Virus record (IMG/VR): IMGVR_UViG_3300028906_000002 | Length of the DNA stretch: 64,000 nt | Source: a virus | Taxonomy: Duplodnaviria > Heunggongvirae > Uroviricota > Caudoviricetes | Strand: one strand, 5' to 3' | In this document: one piece after another, positions 46,679 through 56,414 of the stretch | How the letters are laid out: every line of letters starts with the position of its first letter | Position numbering within the stretch: position 1 is the first letter of the stretch | Position numbers and translations under genes: made by a program | Notes under the pieces: generated by a model | The model's input: only the letters and a program-made list of their open reading frames with translations | Told to the model about the DNA's origin: nothing | The model's database searches: none

Positions 46679-47452
46679 ATGCGTCTTCTAATCGCGATCG
46701 TTGTTTTTATGATGTTAGGTGCTCAAGCAGAGGCGCGTATCTGCACGGCTTCGCTGACTTTCACGGCCAACGCGCCCGTGACTAGCGCTTATGACGATCA
46801 TTGCATTTACGTTGACACCACGGCTGGCCCTATCACCTTGACGATTGATCCACCGACCACGTTCGGAGTAGGCGAGGTCACCATTAAGAAGATCGGCATC
46901 GTATCGAACCCCGTCATCATCAACGGCGCGTTCGAACAAAGCCAATCGCAACTGCGCGAGGCGCTTGAGGGCGATAGCCTCACACTCCACAGCGATGGCG
47001 TCAGTTCAAATTGGTTCATGGTAGCGCCTGGATTCGCTCTGCAGCGAGGTTGGTCGCACTGCCGTACCGAGCATGACATTTCGACCGTGAGCAATACGGT
47101 CAATGAGCAAGACGGTGGTTTCTGCTATGCCGTGGATGTTTGTTCGGCTGGCGCAAGCGTCATGGAAAACCTGCCAGCTATCTCGGCGGTGACCTTCGAT
47201 CATCAGAATTTCACCATCAAAATCATGCGGCTAGATAGCTGTTCAACCCCGCCTCCCGGAGCCGTCGTCAGCATCATCGCTAACTCGGTGCCCGATACGA
47301 TCAGATGGAACCACGTCGGCAGCGCTACTGGCGGGACATGCGGAACTGGCGGTCTATGCAAGATAGACTTGACCACAAATTATCAGGTCGTTGATCTATG
47401 GGCGCAAGGCGTTGGCGTTGGTTGGATCGTCACTGGTTCTCAGGGCTTTTGA
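46679..47452 (+). CDS. secreted hypothetical protein
   Basis: Signal peptide MRLLIAIVVFMMLGAQAEA. Confidence 0.45.
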   Translation: MRLLIAIVVFMMLGAQAEARICTASLTFTANAPVTSAYDDHCIYVDTTAGPITLTIDPPTTFGVGEVTIKKIGIVSNPVIINGAFEQSQSQLREALEGDSLTLHSDGVSSNWFMVAPGFALQRGWSHCRTEHDISTVSNTVNEQDGGFCYAVDVCSAGASVMENLPAISAVTFDHQNFTIKIMRLDSCSTPPPGAVVSIIANSVPDTIRWNHVGSATGGTCGTGGLCKIDLTTNYQVVDLWAQGVGVGWIVTGSQGF

Positions 47453-47660
47453 CGGATGGGATATCGGGGTCTCGTGTAGGCCACCATCACAATCACCAAA
47501 TAGAACGATGGTGCTGCCCAACAATAGGCACGCAGGCGATGCTGGAAGGTTAGAACGCTTGTAATGTTGTAGACTGGCGGTCACCGCTATGGACATCGTC
47601 GCGATGGCAATGATCAAGTAAAAAGGACGAACCATTTTCGGACTCCGTTAAAGGATTACG

Positions 47661-48509
47661 ATGTCGCTTCTCGGCTTTGATGCTATCGGTCGTGAGGCGA
47701 TTGGTCAAAATCCATTCCAAACGTCGCCATCAACCTTTGGTGGTCAGTTTGGGATATGGCCGCCAGCGCCGAAGCCAGTTAACTTTGCCAAAGACTGGAT
47801 AGCATTTTCCGGTAATGTTCAGGTTCAAATACCGCACGTCCTGCCGTTCTTTTCTCCGTTTGATCCAGCACCACGACCACGGAATTTCGCGAGGGATTGG
47901 GTAGCTTATTCGGAGACGGGATTTACGGTCGTCCCCGTCAATCAGATTGGCATTGATTTTACCCAATTTTCACCTGGGCAACATGCTCGGAACTTCGCTC
48001 GGGATTGGATCGCATATTCCGGCAGCATCCAGATCGAAGAATTTCCGCTCATCGGTATCGATTTTCTGCCGTTTGCGCTGGGACGAGCGGCCAAGCTATG
48101 GTCCGGTCAGGGGCCGCAATGGTGGCCGTACTACTTCAATGCGCCGTTCAAGCCATCCGGACGAGATACCCATGATGGCGGCCATCTGCGGCGGCATTGG
48201 CATCATCGGCGTCCCTCGGTTTATTCGCAGGAATATTACGACGAACTACGCAGACTCCAGAAGCTTCGCGAGTCCAAGGACGATGACGACGAGGAACTGA
48301 TCGAGGAAATCAAGCGGATCGTTCCGAATCTGCTGATTCCGATCAATCGGTTAATTCCGCCGCTAATGCTGCCATCGCTGAGACAATTACCCCCATTTCG
48401 GCCGGTCCCGTCATTGACGATGAACCCGCCAGCCTTTAGGCTTGCAACTCCAGAGGAAATAGCGGCGGATGATGAGCAGATTATAGCCATGATTCTCGCT
48501 CAAGAATGA
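47661..48509 (+). CDS. hypothetical protein with three tandem about 40-aa repeats
   Basis: NFAKDWIAFSGNVQVQIP / NFARDWVAYSETGFTVVP / NFARDWIAYSGSIQIEEFP. Confidence 0.45.
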   Translation: MSLLGFDAIGREAIGQNPFQTSPSTFGGQFGIWPPAPKPVNFAKDWIAFSGNVQVQIPHVLPFFSPFDPAPRPRNFARDWVAYSETGFTVVPVNQIGIDFTQFSPGQHARNFARDWIAYSGSIQIEEFPLIGIDFLPFALGRAAKLWSGQGPQWWPYYFNAPFKPSGRDTHDGGHLRRHWHHRRPSVYSQEYYDELRRLQKLRESKDDDDEELIEEIKRIVPNLLIPINRLIPPLMLPSLRQLPPFRPVPSLTMNPPAFRLATPEEIAADDEQIIAMILAQE

Positions 48510-48646
48510 TGATTGTGGAAATGTTTCTGCGCAACCTATGGTGTATGTTGTTTCACCGCCGAGCGGTCCACGAGATATCGGCGGTCGGGGATTACAAGAT
48601 CATGCGTTGCGATAAGTGCCAGATTACGTGGACGGAGCCGCGATAA
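48509..48646 (+). CDS. 45-aa Cys-containing protein
   Basis: Coupled at both ends (TGATG, TAATG). RCDKCQ. Confidence 0.25.
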   Translation: MIVEMFLRNLWCMLFHRRAVHEISAVGDYKIMRCDKCQITWTEPR

Positions 48647-48948
48647 TGGAGCGTATGTGCAAGGTTTGTCGCAAATGGCACGACCTCGACAAGCCATGGC
48701 CCGCCAAATGCGTCCGATTCACCAAATCCAGCGCTCCGAACGTCATTTCGGACAACCTCGGGACGCATCTGCGGCACATGGGGACGGGACAGATGCTGGA
48801 TAGTAAGTCGGCATTTCGAGCGGCGGATAAGGCCTGCGGTGCGGTATGCGTCGGGAACGAGGCGACGGCGAAACCACGGAAATTCATTGAACCGCCGCGA
48901 CCGGGGCCGGATATCAAGCGGGCTATTGATCAGTTGCGGGGACGATGA
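48646..48948 (+). CDS. hypothetical protein
   Basis: Met11 of ORF 48616. CKVCRKWH. Confidence 0.35.
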   Translation: MERMCKVCRKWHDLDKPWPAKCVRFTKSSAPNVISDNLGTHLRHMGTGQMLDSKSAFRAADKACGAVCVGNEATAKPRKFIEPPRPGPDIKRAIDQLRGR

Positions 48949-49139
48949 TGAGTGACGATCGTTTCGCAGAATTATCGAAGGAAGATCAGCGCCGCTATAT
49001 GGCACAAGCTCTCGGATGCAATCCTAATTCTCCAGGCGGATGGCCAAATTCAATTATTGATAAGTTGGTCAATATCAGGCTAGCGAAGGGATCGAAGGCC
49101 TATTACCAAGAACTCGGATATTTTCTTAGCCTAAATTGA
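48945..49139 (+). CDS. hypothetical protein
   Basis: ATGA-coupled. Confidence 0.3.
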   Translation: MMSDDRFAELSKEDQRRYMAQALGCNPNSPGGWPNSIIDKLVNIRLAKGSKAYYQELGYFLSLN

Positions 49140-49194
49140 ACATGCGTATAACGCCACAGTTGCTTAATCGAAAATCCAATGATATGACGGAACC

Positions 49195-50454
49195 ATGATC
49201 AGGCATCTTTTCCTAAATTCGGCTGCAACATTTTCTCCCCCGGATGCCCCCGGTGCCGATTCTGGAGGTACCGATCAGGTTGCCGATCTCGGCGGATCGC
49301 CCGAACCCGCAGGAGGCGCGCCAGATGGTGGTGAAGCCCCTGCGGGCGGTGCGGAACCTGCGCCGGCACCGAAGGAAGATCACGCCAAACCCCGCGTCGA
49401 GACGGTTGGAGAGAGCGTTAGACGCGCCACGGCCGAGACGAAGGAAAAGGCTGAGGCCGCCGCGAAGGCCAAAACGACTAAGGCGGCTACCTCGGCTAAA
49501 GACAATCAGCAGACTGATGGCGCCACTGCTGGCGACAAGACTGCGAAACCAAGCTCCGAAGACGGAAGTACGGCGCAAACCGATCCTAGCCCAAAAGCAG
49601 AGGACGGACCGCCTACCTCATGGACTGCGGCAGAAAAACAGCTTTGGACACAACTTCCAGACGCGGCCAAAACTGCAGTCTTGAGGCATGACCAGAACAC
49701 CTCAAAGGGTGTAGCTGAACTACGAACACGATACCAAGAAATCGATACAGCAGTCGCTCCATACAAAGCGGTAATGACGCAAAATAACGTCACTCCCGGA
49801 CAGGCCATTTCGCAACTATTCAAATGGCACATGGAATTGGCTGGCCCGAACAAAATCGAGGCCTTCCGACAGCTCGCGAAATCATTTGGTGTTGACCCAG
49901 CAACCATTGCTGCTGCTCCCGCAACGACGGAGAAGCAAGCCGATGCCAACCCCGACAATTCGATTCCTGAAAACCTCCGACCGGTAATCACCAATCTGGA
50001 AACGCGCCTCAAGACGTTTGAGGAACGCGAATCTGCCGCAATGCAAAACGCGGCAAAACAGACGTGGCAGAATTGGTCGAAAGACAAGCCGCATGCCGAG
50101 ACGGTACGTGGTTTGATGGCTAACTTGATCAATTCGGACCTCGCCCTTATTCAGGCAGGACAGCCGCAGATCAGCAACACCATCAAAAACGGATCAATCG
50201 ACATGGATGCCGCATACGAAGCGGCTAAATACGCACATAAAGAAGTGCGAGAGGCTTTGATTCAAGAGGATCAGGCAAAGCGTGACAAGGAAGCCAGAGC
50301 GGCTGCCGAGAAGGCCAGGAAAGCGGGCGCAAGCCTGAAATCTGGCGCCCCGGCAGGCCCGATCAGCGCCAGTTCGAACGCAGCGCCAAGGAACGAAACC
50401 GTCGCGGAAAGCATCAAGCGTGCTCTCGCCGAAGTTCGGGGAACGCAGCACTAA
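49195..50454 (+). CDS. scaffolding protein
   Basis: 419 aa, highly charged, Ala/Glu/Lys-rich with coiled-coil segments. Immediately precedes the coat gene. Confidence 0.55.
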   Translation: MIRHLFLNSAATFSPPDAPGADSGGTDQVADLGGSPEPAGGAPDGGEAPAGGAEPAPAPKEDHAKPRVETVGESVRRATAETKEKAEAAAKAKTTKAATSAKDNQQTDGATAGDKTAKPSSEDGSTAQTDPSPKAEDGPPTSWTAAEKQLWTQLPDAAKTAVLRHDQNTSKGVAELRTRYQEIDTAVAPYKAVMTQNNVTPGQAISQLFKWHMELAGPNKIEAFRQLAKSFGVDPATIAAAPATTEKQADANPDNSIPENLRPVITNLETRLKTFEERESAAMQNAAKQTWQNWSKDKPHAETVRGLMANLINSDLALIQAGQPQISNTIKNGSIDMDAAYEAAKYAHKEVREALIQEDQAKRDKEARAAAEKARKAGASLKSGAPAGPISASSNAAPRNETVAESIKRALAEVRGTQH

Positions 50455-50474
50455 CCCCACAGGGGAAATGTGCC

Positions 50475-50687
50475 ATGGCCTCTCCCGGCCTTTCCGAAAT
50501 TGTTACCACTACGCTGCGTAACCGCACTGGTTCGCTGCAGGATAATGTAAGCAGGAACAATGCCCTGCTTCATCGTCTCAACAAAAAGGGCAATATCAAA
50601 ACGTTTGACGGCGGTCGAACTATTGTCCAGGAGTTAGACTACAACAATAACTCCACCTTCGTCTGGTACTCCGGGTTAAGTGTTTGA
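50475..50687 (+). CDS. major capsid (coat) protein, exon 1 (gene interrupted)
   Basis: AGGGGAAA RBS. Capsid-like N-terminus MASPGLSEIVTTTLRNRTG...FVWYSG. Frame closes after 70 aa and resumes downstream. Confidence 0.5.
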   Translation: MASPGLSEIVTTTLRNRTGSLQDNVSRNNALLHRLNKKGNIKTFDGGRTIVQELDYNNNSTFVWYSGLSV

Positions 50688-51295
50688 GCCCCGGTTAATG
50701 CCTTAAGGGCGTAATAAAGAGGACGATCTACGTGTTTCATCTTCCATCGATTGCAGGGACCACAAAGCGTCTGGGCGTTTTCCCGGATATTAATGCCGCT
50801 GCACATCACTGGCAGGATGTGGTCAAGAACAAGTTCTTCGGTCGATTTGCACCATTTGCATTGTGGTTCGATCCATTCGGCTTTCTGTTCCTTCGTAAAG
50901 ATGAAGTGATGCCTCGGGGCGTTTTCTCTAAAATTATCCCAAGGTTTATTCTCTCCATTTCTACAGTATGCGATCATGTCAGCGCGATTGGTTCGCCAGC
51001 GCTCACGAAGGGCCGCCGACATTTTGGCGCGCGCTTCCTTAGTTTGCTTGAAGACACCTTTCTTCGGGCCTGTGCCTTTGGGCGGATTAAGTCTTCTGCC
51101 TTCGATAATACGTTGGCGAGATTCTGGAGAATGAGTTTTTCCGTAGAAAGGGTTATTTTTTCCTACGTTGTAGGCCGCTTTACAACCGACGTTGCAAAAC
51201 TTTTTTGTATCCGTCCGAATATTATGGATGGCTCGGTAAATAAGCGTTCCGCAATTCAGGCAAGGAAAACTCTCGCCAGTCTTTTTACGTCCCAT
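50639..51295 (-). CDS. HNH homing endonuclease with NUMOD3 motifs (in/adjacent to intron 1, opposite strand)
   Basis: C-terminal HNH motif CKWCKSTEELVLDHILPVMCSGINIRENAQTLCGPCNRWK. NUMOD3-like NPFYGKTHSPESRQRI and KQTKEARAKMSAALRERW. Confidence 0.7.
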   Translation of the reverse strand: MGRKKTGESFPCLNCGTLIYRAIHNIRTDTKKFCNVGCKAAYNVGKNNPFYGKTHSPESRQRIIEGRRLNPPKGTGPKKGVFKQTKEARAKMSAALRERWRTNRADMIAYCRNGENKPWDNFRENAPRHHFIFTKEQKAEWIEPQCKWCKSTEELVLDHILPVMCSGINIRENAQTLCGPCNRWKMKHVDRPLYYALKALTGAQTLNPEYQTKVELLL

Positions 51296-51539
51296 GGATT
51301 AACCTGCAAACTGGGTGAAAACGGTGAAAAACTTGTTACGGGGTAACTCGTACTAAGTCAATACCGTGCCAAGCTATCGATGTAAGGCGAAAGCCCGAGG
51401 GCGATAGAAGGTGTAACGACTAGATGCCGCGCGAAAGCAGTAATGCATCCACGAGTGCCCAGGCCGAAAGGCATGAGATAGTCTGGACTATGCCGTGAGG
51501 TATAGATGCAGGGGATAAAGAGCCTCTGCGGTAACATAG
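50688..51539 (+). mobile_element. group I intron 1 in coat gene (approximate boundaries)
   Basis: Core copy A at 51371-51536: helix CTATCG/CGATAG, GNRA hairpin GGC-GAAA-GCC, P7-like GACTA..TAGTC, tail GGGGATAAAGAGCCTCTGCGGTAACA-TAG. Confidence 0.5.
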
Positions 51540-51650
51540 TAGCGATCAAACGCTTAATATTTCGCCAAGCCAAACGTTCACGGCAGCGGAATTTCCAATA
51601 AGGCAGGCCGCGCTCGCGATTTCGATCTCGGGCTTGGAAGAAATTCAGAA
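51540..51650 (+). CDS. coat protein exon 2 (candidate, about 37 codons)
   Basis: Open frame ...SDQTLNISPSQTFTAAEFPIRQAALAISISGLEEIQNSG sits between the two intron cores, immediately after the conserved 3' tail of intron 1. Confidence 0.3.
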
Positions 51651-52615
51651 CAGTGGTTGGTAACTTGGCCACTTAATCGGGTGAAACGGGGGACGGTGAG
51701 AATCCCAATCCCGTAGGAAGCTATCAACGTAAGACGAAAGTCCCAGGGTGATAGAACCTCTAACGCATAGGCAGTGACGAAAGAATAATCTGCCCACGAG
51801 CGCCCGACAGGAAAGAAAGACGAAATGACTAAAGGCCACGCAAAAGACCTATCCGGAATGAGGTTCGGAAATATGGTCGTCGAGTATCGGAATGGTTCCG
51901 ATGCTAACTGCATGGCTCTTTGGATGTGCAAATGTGATTGTGGAAATTCAGCTTCAATTCGTGGCGCGTTTTTGCGTAAAGGTCAGATTTTCTGCTCTAA
52001 GCAGTGCAGCCTTTATACAAAGCCGATGCGGATTGATTTAACAGGCCAGAAATTCGGACGGTTGACCGCAGTGGAATATCTGAAGTCGACAAAATCCGGA
52101 AAGTCTGTGTGGCTCTTCTTGTGTGATTGTGGGGAGACGACGATTTGTCCCCATGACAATGTGACGAACGGACATACCATAAGCTGCGGGTGCCATGGCA
52201 TTCGTAGTCGTGTCCGGCACGGTCAAAGCAAGACGAGGGCGTATCAGAACGCCGCACATAGAAAATGGGTTGATGAAAACCCGGGTAAGTTTCTTGCGAA
52301 CGTCAAGAGACGGACTCCTGCCCTGAAGCTTAGAATTCCGCAATGGCTCACAGATGAGTATTGGTCGCAGATCGATGCCCATTACTCGGAAGCGAGGAGA
52401 CTGACGAAGGAAACCGGTATCATTCACCACGTTGACCACATCTATCCCCTTCGTGGGAAGACGTGCAGCGGATTGCATGTACCGTGGAATCTTCAAGTCA
52501 TCACTCGTACAGCGAACTTGCACAAGGCTAATCGTTTTCCTGAAGATGTATGCTGGACTAACGCGAATTAGATGAAGCGTTAGAAGTAGGGGATAAAAAG
52601 CCTCTACGGTAACAG
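51651..52615 (+). mobile_element. group I intron 2 in coat gene with embedded HNH ORF (approximate boundaries)
   Basis: Core copy B at 51717-51824 shows compensatory changes versus copy A (CTATCA/TGATAG, GAC-GAAA-GTC). P7-like CTAACG..CGTTAG straddles the HEG. Tail GGGGATAAAAAGCCTCTACGGTAACAG at 52588-52615. Confidence 0.5.
51825..52571 (+). CDS. HNH homing endonuclease (intron-encoded), two N-terminal Zn-ribbon modules
   Basis: HHVDHIYPLRGKTCSGLHVPWNLQVITRTANLHKAN HNH motif. Tandem G.RFG.L..VEY...W.C.CDCG..SCGC modules. Confidence 0.75.
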   Translation: MTKGHAKDLSGMRFGNMVVEYRNGSDANCMALWMCKCDCGNSASIRGAFLRKGQIFCSKQCSLYTKPMRIDLTGQKFGRLTAVEYLKSTKSGKSVWLFLCDCGETTICPHDNVTNGHTISCGCHGIRSRVRHGQSKTRAYQNAAHRKWVDENPGKFLANVKRRTPALKLRIPQWLTDEYWSQIDAHYSEARRLTKETGIIHHVDHIYPLRGKTCSGLHVPWNLQVITRTANLHKANRFPEDVCWTNAN

Positions 52616-53329
52616 GCCTCGGAAGAAGCCATTATCAACCTGCTTGAAGGCCGCGTCAAAAACGGTGAGCGCACTTTTTTGAACGGACTCAGCCAGGGGG
52701 CGTATGGGGACGGCACGGTTGCCAACTCGATTGGCGGCTTGCAGTTGCTTGTGGCGGCGTCGCCTAACACGGGTATCGTCGGCGGTATTGATCGGTCACA
52801 GTATTCGTTCTGGCGGAACATCACGTTCTCGGCGGCAACGAATGGTGGCGCACCGACATCGGCTGCGAATATCCAGGACTACATGGATCAGATGTACGTA
52901 CAGCTTGTGCGTGGCAATGACCATCCGGACCTGATCGTCGCCGACAACAACATGTATCGGTACTACCTATCGTCTCTACAGGCCATCCAGCGCTTGCAGG
53001 GAGACACCGACCTGGCGAACCTCGGATTTGAGACGCTGAAGTATCTCAACTGCGATGTCGTGCTCGACGGTGGCTACCAGGGCCAGTCAACCGATCCGTT
53101 GCCGTTCCAGACTAGCTCGGGAACGTCGGCAGTTGGTGGTTCACCAACCAACACGATGTTTTTTCTCAATTCGAACTATATTCACTGGCGCCCATACGCC
53201 GGTCGCAACATGGTCCCGCTTGATCCCGATCGGTTCAGCGTGAACCAAGACGCGATGGTCAGACTCGTGGGCTGGGGCGGGAATATGAGCCTTAGCTGCG
53301 CCTTCCTTCAAGGTGTTATTACGACCTAG
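52616..53329 (+). CDS. major capsid (coat) protein, exon 3
   Basis: The frame opens exactly after the intron tail ...GGTAACAG. 238 codons of capsid-like sequence (NYIHWRPYAGRNMVPL...). Listed ORF 52679-53329 is its TTG-started part. Confidence 0.55.
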   Translation, partial: ASEEAIINLLEGRVKNGERTFLNGLSQGAYGDGTVANSIGGLQLLVAASPNTGIVGGIDRSQYSFWRNITFSAATNGGAPTSAANIQDYMDQMYVQLVRGNDHPDLIVADNNMYRYYLSSLQAIQRLQGDTDLANLGFETLKYLNCDVVLDGGYQGQSTDPLPFQTSSGTSAVGGSPTNTMFFLNSNYIHWRPYAGRNMVPLDPDRFSVNQDAMVRLVGWGGNMSLSCAFLQGVITT

Positions 53330-53384
53330 TTTGTAATGCACTTTGTTTTATGTCATGTAGGTTTTCCCGAAATGGAGAACCAAA

Positions 53385-54011
53385 ATGACTGTAGATCGAA
53401 CTGGACAACGTTATGGCCGTCTCACGGTTATCGAAAGAACTACCAAGTCTAAGCCTGTCAATACGGTCTCAAATCAAAGGAGAACATATTGGCTTTGCCG
53501 CTGCGATTGTGGAAGCGTTATCGAGGCATCGGGAGAAAATCTAAGGTGTGGCAATACATCATCATGTGGCTGCTCTCGTATCAAACATGGCATGTCAAAA
53601 ACAAAAGTCCATCACGTATGGCGGGCTATGCTTTATAGATGCGATAATCCTAATGATCATGCTTATCACAATTATGGTGGCCGTGGCATCAAGGTTTGCG
53701 AGGAATGGCGTAAGTTTGAGGTGTTCTATAGTGAAATGGGTGATCCACCTCGTGGAGGAACAATAGAGCGTAAAGACACGAGTGGTCCTTACGCCAAGTG
53801 GAATTGCAAATGGGCTTCTATGAAAGAGCAACAGAACAACAAGCGGAATAACGTGGTGCTTGAAGCATTCGGAAAATCTCAGACCATGACACAATGGGCT
53901 GAAGAATATAGGATGCCGCTGAATACACTACGTAACCGCTTGTTTCGGGCTAAGATGCCTGTGGAAGATGCTCTGACGGCGAGAAGCATGTTAGGAAAAA
54001 ACAGGAGCTAA
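53385..54011 (+). CDS. free-standing HNH-family homing-endonuclease-like protein
   Basis: GQRYGRLTVIE...YWLCRCDCGS...SCGCSR Zn-ribbon. YHNYGGRGIKVCEEW...GTIERKD..GPYAKWNCKWASMKEQQNN core typical of phage HNH-family proteins. Confidence 0.6.
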   Translation: MTVDRTGQRYGRLTVIERTTKSKPVNTVSNQRRTYWLCRCDCGSVIEASGENLRCGNTSSCGCSRIKHGMSKTKVHHVWRAMLYRCDNPNDHAYHNYGGRGIKVCEEWRKFEVFYSEMGDPPRGGTIERKDTSGPYAKWNCKWASMKEQQNNKRNNVVLEAFGKSQTMTQWAEEYRMPLNTLRNRLFRAKMPVEDALTARSMLGKNRS

Positions 54012-54017
54012 ACGGCT

Positions 54018-54575
54018 ATGGCCACGATCATCACTAATTTCTACACTGTGGACAATCAGGTCGGAGCAAACCTGAACACTCCGCAGACGATCAATACGAC
54101 GACCAATCCGGAGGTGCCGGCACCGAACGATACTCTTGGCGACATCTGCCAAGGGATCAACGGTTCGCAGTGGTTGTTTGTGCAGGCATCGACGACAGTT
54201 ACCGCGTTCAATGTTGTTATGATCGACAATTTGTTCAAAGCGAACAATGTCAACTTCAGCGATCTCAGCGGCTCGTCTACCTTCTCGCTATCGAAGACGC
54301 TCGGGCTTGCTGAGTTCCAGACATCGGTTGCTAATGCCGGCGATTACTTCTGGGCTCAGTTGGCGGGTCGCGGCGGTTCGGCCGTCAACGTACTGAGCAC
54401 GGCGGCGGCGAATGCTCAATTGTATATTTCAAGTTCGTCTCCGGGATCGCTTACCACCACGGTAGCTTCGTCGGTTTCGAACGTTGCGGTATTCAATGCG
54501 GCTATTCCGTCATCTCTGACTGGTGCAACCGCTGCGGTTGAGTTGGTATTCGCCTATATGCGGGCATCCGCATAA
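54018..54575 (+). CDS. virion structural protein (Ser/Thr-rich)
   Basis: 185 aa, T/S/N-rich. Position after coat. Confidence 0.45.
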   Translation: MATIITNFYTVDNQVGANLNTPQTINTTTNPEVPAPNDTLGDICQGINGSQWLFVQASTTVTAFNVVMIDNLFKANNVNFSDLSGSSTFSLSKTLGLAEFQTSVANAGDYFWAQLAGRGGSAVNVLSTAAANAQLYISSSSPGSLTTTVASSVSNVAVFNAAIPSSLTGATAAVELVFAYMRASA

Positions 54576-55501
54576 TGGTCGTACACGAAATGCCGCCTCC
54601 GGAAATCCAGGAACAGGCTGAACACCTGTTCTGGAATAAACTCGGTGGGGTTACGACAACGGCTGCGACCTCGACGGATGAATCCATGGATAATGTTCGT
54701 GCCAATATCGGGCGTGGTTATCCATGGTTTCACGATGTTTGCTTGATTCGTGATGAGAACAAGATACCTGGGCGGCGGATTGCATTGGTTGGTGGCGGTC
54801 CATCGCTCAAGGATACGGTCGGGGAATTGTTGGATTTTACTACTGTCATGGTTTGTGGTTCTGCTCATGATTGGTTGCAGGAATATTCTCCGCGTATTCC
54901 GACCTATTGCGCGGTTTGTGATCCTGACCCTGTGATGGCGAATTATCTTCGGAAACCTGACAAGGATACAACTTATCTGATCTCAAGCCACGTCAATCCA
55001 GTGGTATATGATGCCCTTGAGGGGCATAATATTATTATGTGGCATTGCTGGCCGATCGGTGAGGGTAATGAGGAAGCGAAAGATTTCCTCCAAGAGCATA
55101 CCCCAGGATGGGTAGCTATTGGCGGTGGTTGCACGATTGGCCTTCGGGCAATTACTATAGCGATGATGATGGGATACACGGACCTTCATTTTTTTGGGTT
55201 TGATTCCTGTATGACAATGCAGGATGATCATCATGCTTATCAGTTTGTTGATCCTACGAAGGAATTTCTTGGCGATGTTTACGATGTCAAGATAGGGATG
55301 GGAGAGATAAACGGTCCGGAGATCAAGGCTTATCGCGTCGCCGGTTATCAATTAGCCCAGGCTGAACATTATAAGCAAAGTCTCATGGCATTCGGTCATT
55401 TGTTCAAGCCGACGTTTCATGGTCCTGGCCTACTTGCGGATATGCAGAGAATGATTGATCTCGAAACTAAACGACTAACAGCAGAGGAGAAGGCCGCATG
55501 A
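54575..55501 (+). CDS. Maf/DUF115-like (MptE-like) putative glycosyltransferase, paralog 2
   Basis: RRIALVGGGPSLKD...VMVCGSAHDW...YCAVCDPDP...HFFGFDSCM match the DUF115 core better than the 44179 paralog. Confidence 0.55.
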   Translation: MVVHEMPPPEIQEQAEHLFWNKLGGVTTTAATSTDESMDNVRANIGRGYPWFHDVCLIRDENKIPGRRIALVGGGPSLKDTVGELLDFTTVMVCGSAHDWLQEYSPRIPTYCAVCDPDPVMANYLRKPDKDTTYLISSHVNPVVYDALEGHNIIMWHCWPIGEGNEEAKDFLQEHTPGWVAIGGGCTIGLRAITIAMMMGYTDLHFFGFDSCMTMQDDHHAYQFVDPTKEFLGDVYDVKIGMGEINGPEIKAYRVAGYQLAQAEHYKQSLMAFGHLFKPTFHGPGLLADMQRMIDLETKRLTAEEKAA

Positions 55502-56337
55502 GCGGATATATCGGCGACGGACTTCCGGATAGTGGAAGATGGACTCGGGCACCGGACGGCAATGTTCAGACTGGCCCGTCTGATGATGCAATGCTGGTCA
55601 TCTTCTATAAGCGACCGGTTCACAATGAAATCAAGTCGGCTGCGGCTGGCATTCCGATTTATGAGGATGTGGATTTCGTCAAAATCCAAGCTCCTGGTGA
55701 AGGCAATCTTCAGGTTGTCGAGAAGCCGGTTGATCAGACCCACAAGCGCCGTTGGCCAGCGCAATGGGCTGCGTATGCGCAGGGCAAAGATCAGGTTGCG
55801 GACGGAACGCCGCTCGGTCTTCTCTTTCCCCGCCATCCATCGGCTATCGCCATGTTGCAGGGACTGGGCATCATGACGGTGCAGCACCTCGCTCATGCGA
55901 GTGCGACCGCAATTGATGCGATCGGCATGCACGGACAGGATTACGTCAACTATGCCCAGAAATATCTCAATGCCGGGGCTGGTGGTGCGGCATTCCATCA
56001 GATGCAGCGTGATCTTGAGGTGGCGACCCGTGAAAATCATCGTCTCAAGAAGGATGTTGACGATCTTCGGCATCAGATGACACAGGTTAATCAGACTTTG
56101 ATGGCTAATGCGGGAATGGGCATTCCGATGCCTGGTGTTCCGCGCAACCCTGCGCCAGCACCGGCTCAGCCGATGCCGGGTGGTGCGCCGATGCCTCGTA
56201 TGCCATCATTTGAAGGGCCGACGTTCGATGCGCAGACGGCGCAGATCAATGCAAATCACGCGATGGCCGACAATCAGCCCCAGCAGGAGCCAAAAAGGCG
56301 CGGTCGTCCTCCGGGATCGAAGAATAAAGCGGCCTAA
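55498..56337 (+). CDS. hypothetical virion-associated protein with C-terminal AT-hook
   Basis: ATGA-coupled. C-terminus PKRRGRPPGSKNK. Confidence 0.45.
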   Translation: MSGYIGDGLPDSGRWTRAPDGNVQTGPSDDAMLVIFYKRPVHNEIKSAAAGIPIYEDVDFVKIQAPGEGNLQVVEKPVDQTHKRRWPAQWAAYAQGKDQVADGTPLGLLFPRHPSAIAMLQGLGIMTVQHLAHASATAIDAIGMHGQDYVNYAQKYLNAGAGGAAFHQMQRDLEVATRENHRLKKDVDDLRHQMTQVNQTLMANAGMGIPMPGVPRNPAPAPAQPMPGGAPMPRMPSFEGPTFDAQTAQINANHAMADNQPQQEPKRRGRPPGSKNKAA

Positions 56338-56414
56338 CGGCCAAGGGCAAACCGTGCAATCCGTGCGGTCCCCTTTTTCTCTCCCCGCCAAATGCGGGCT
56401 AGGAGGATACTACA

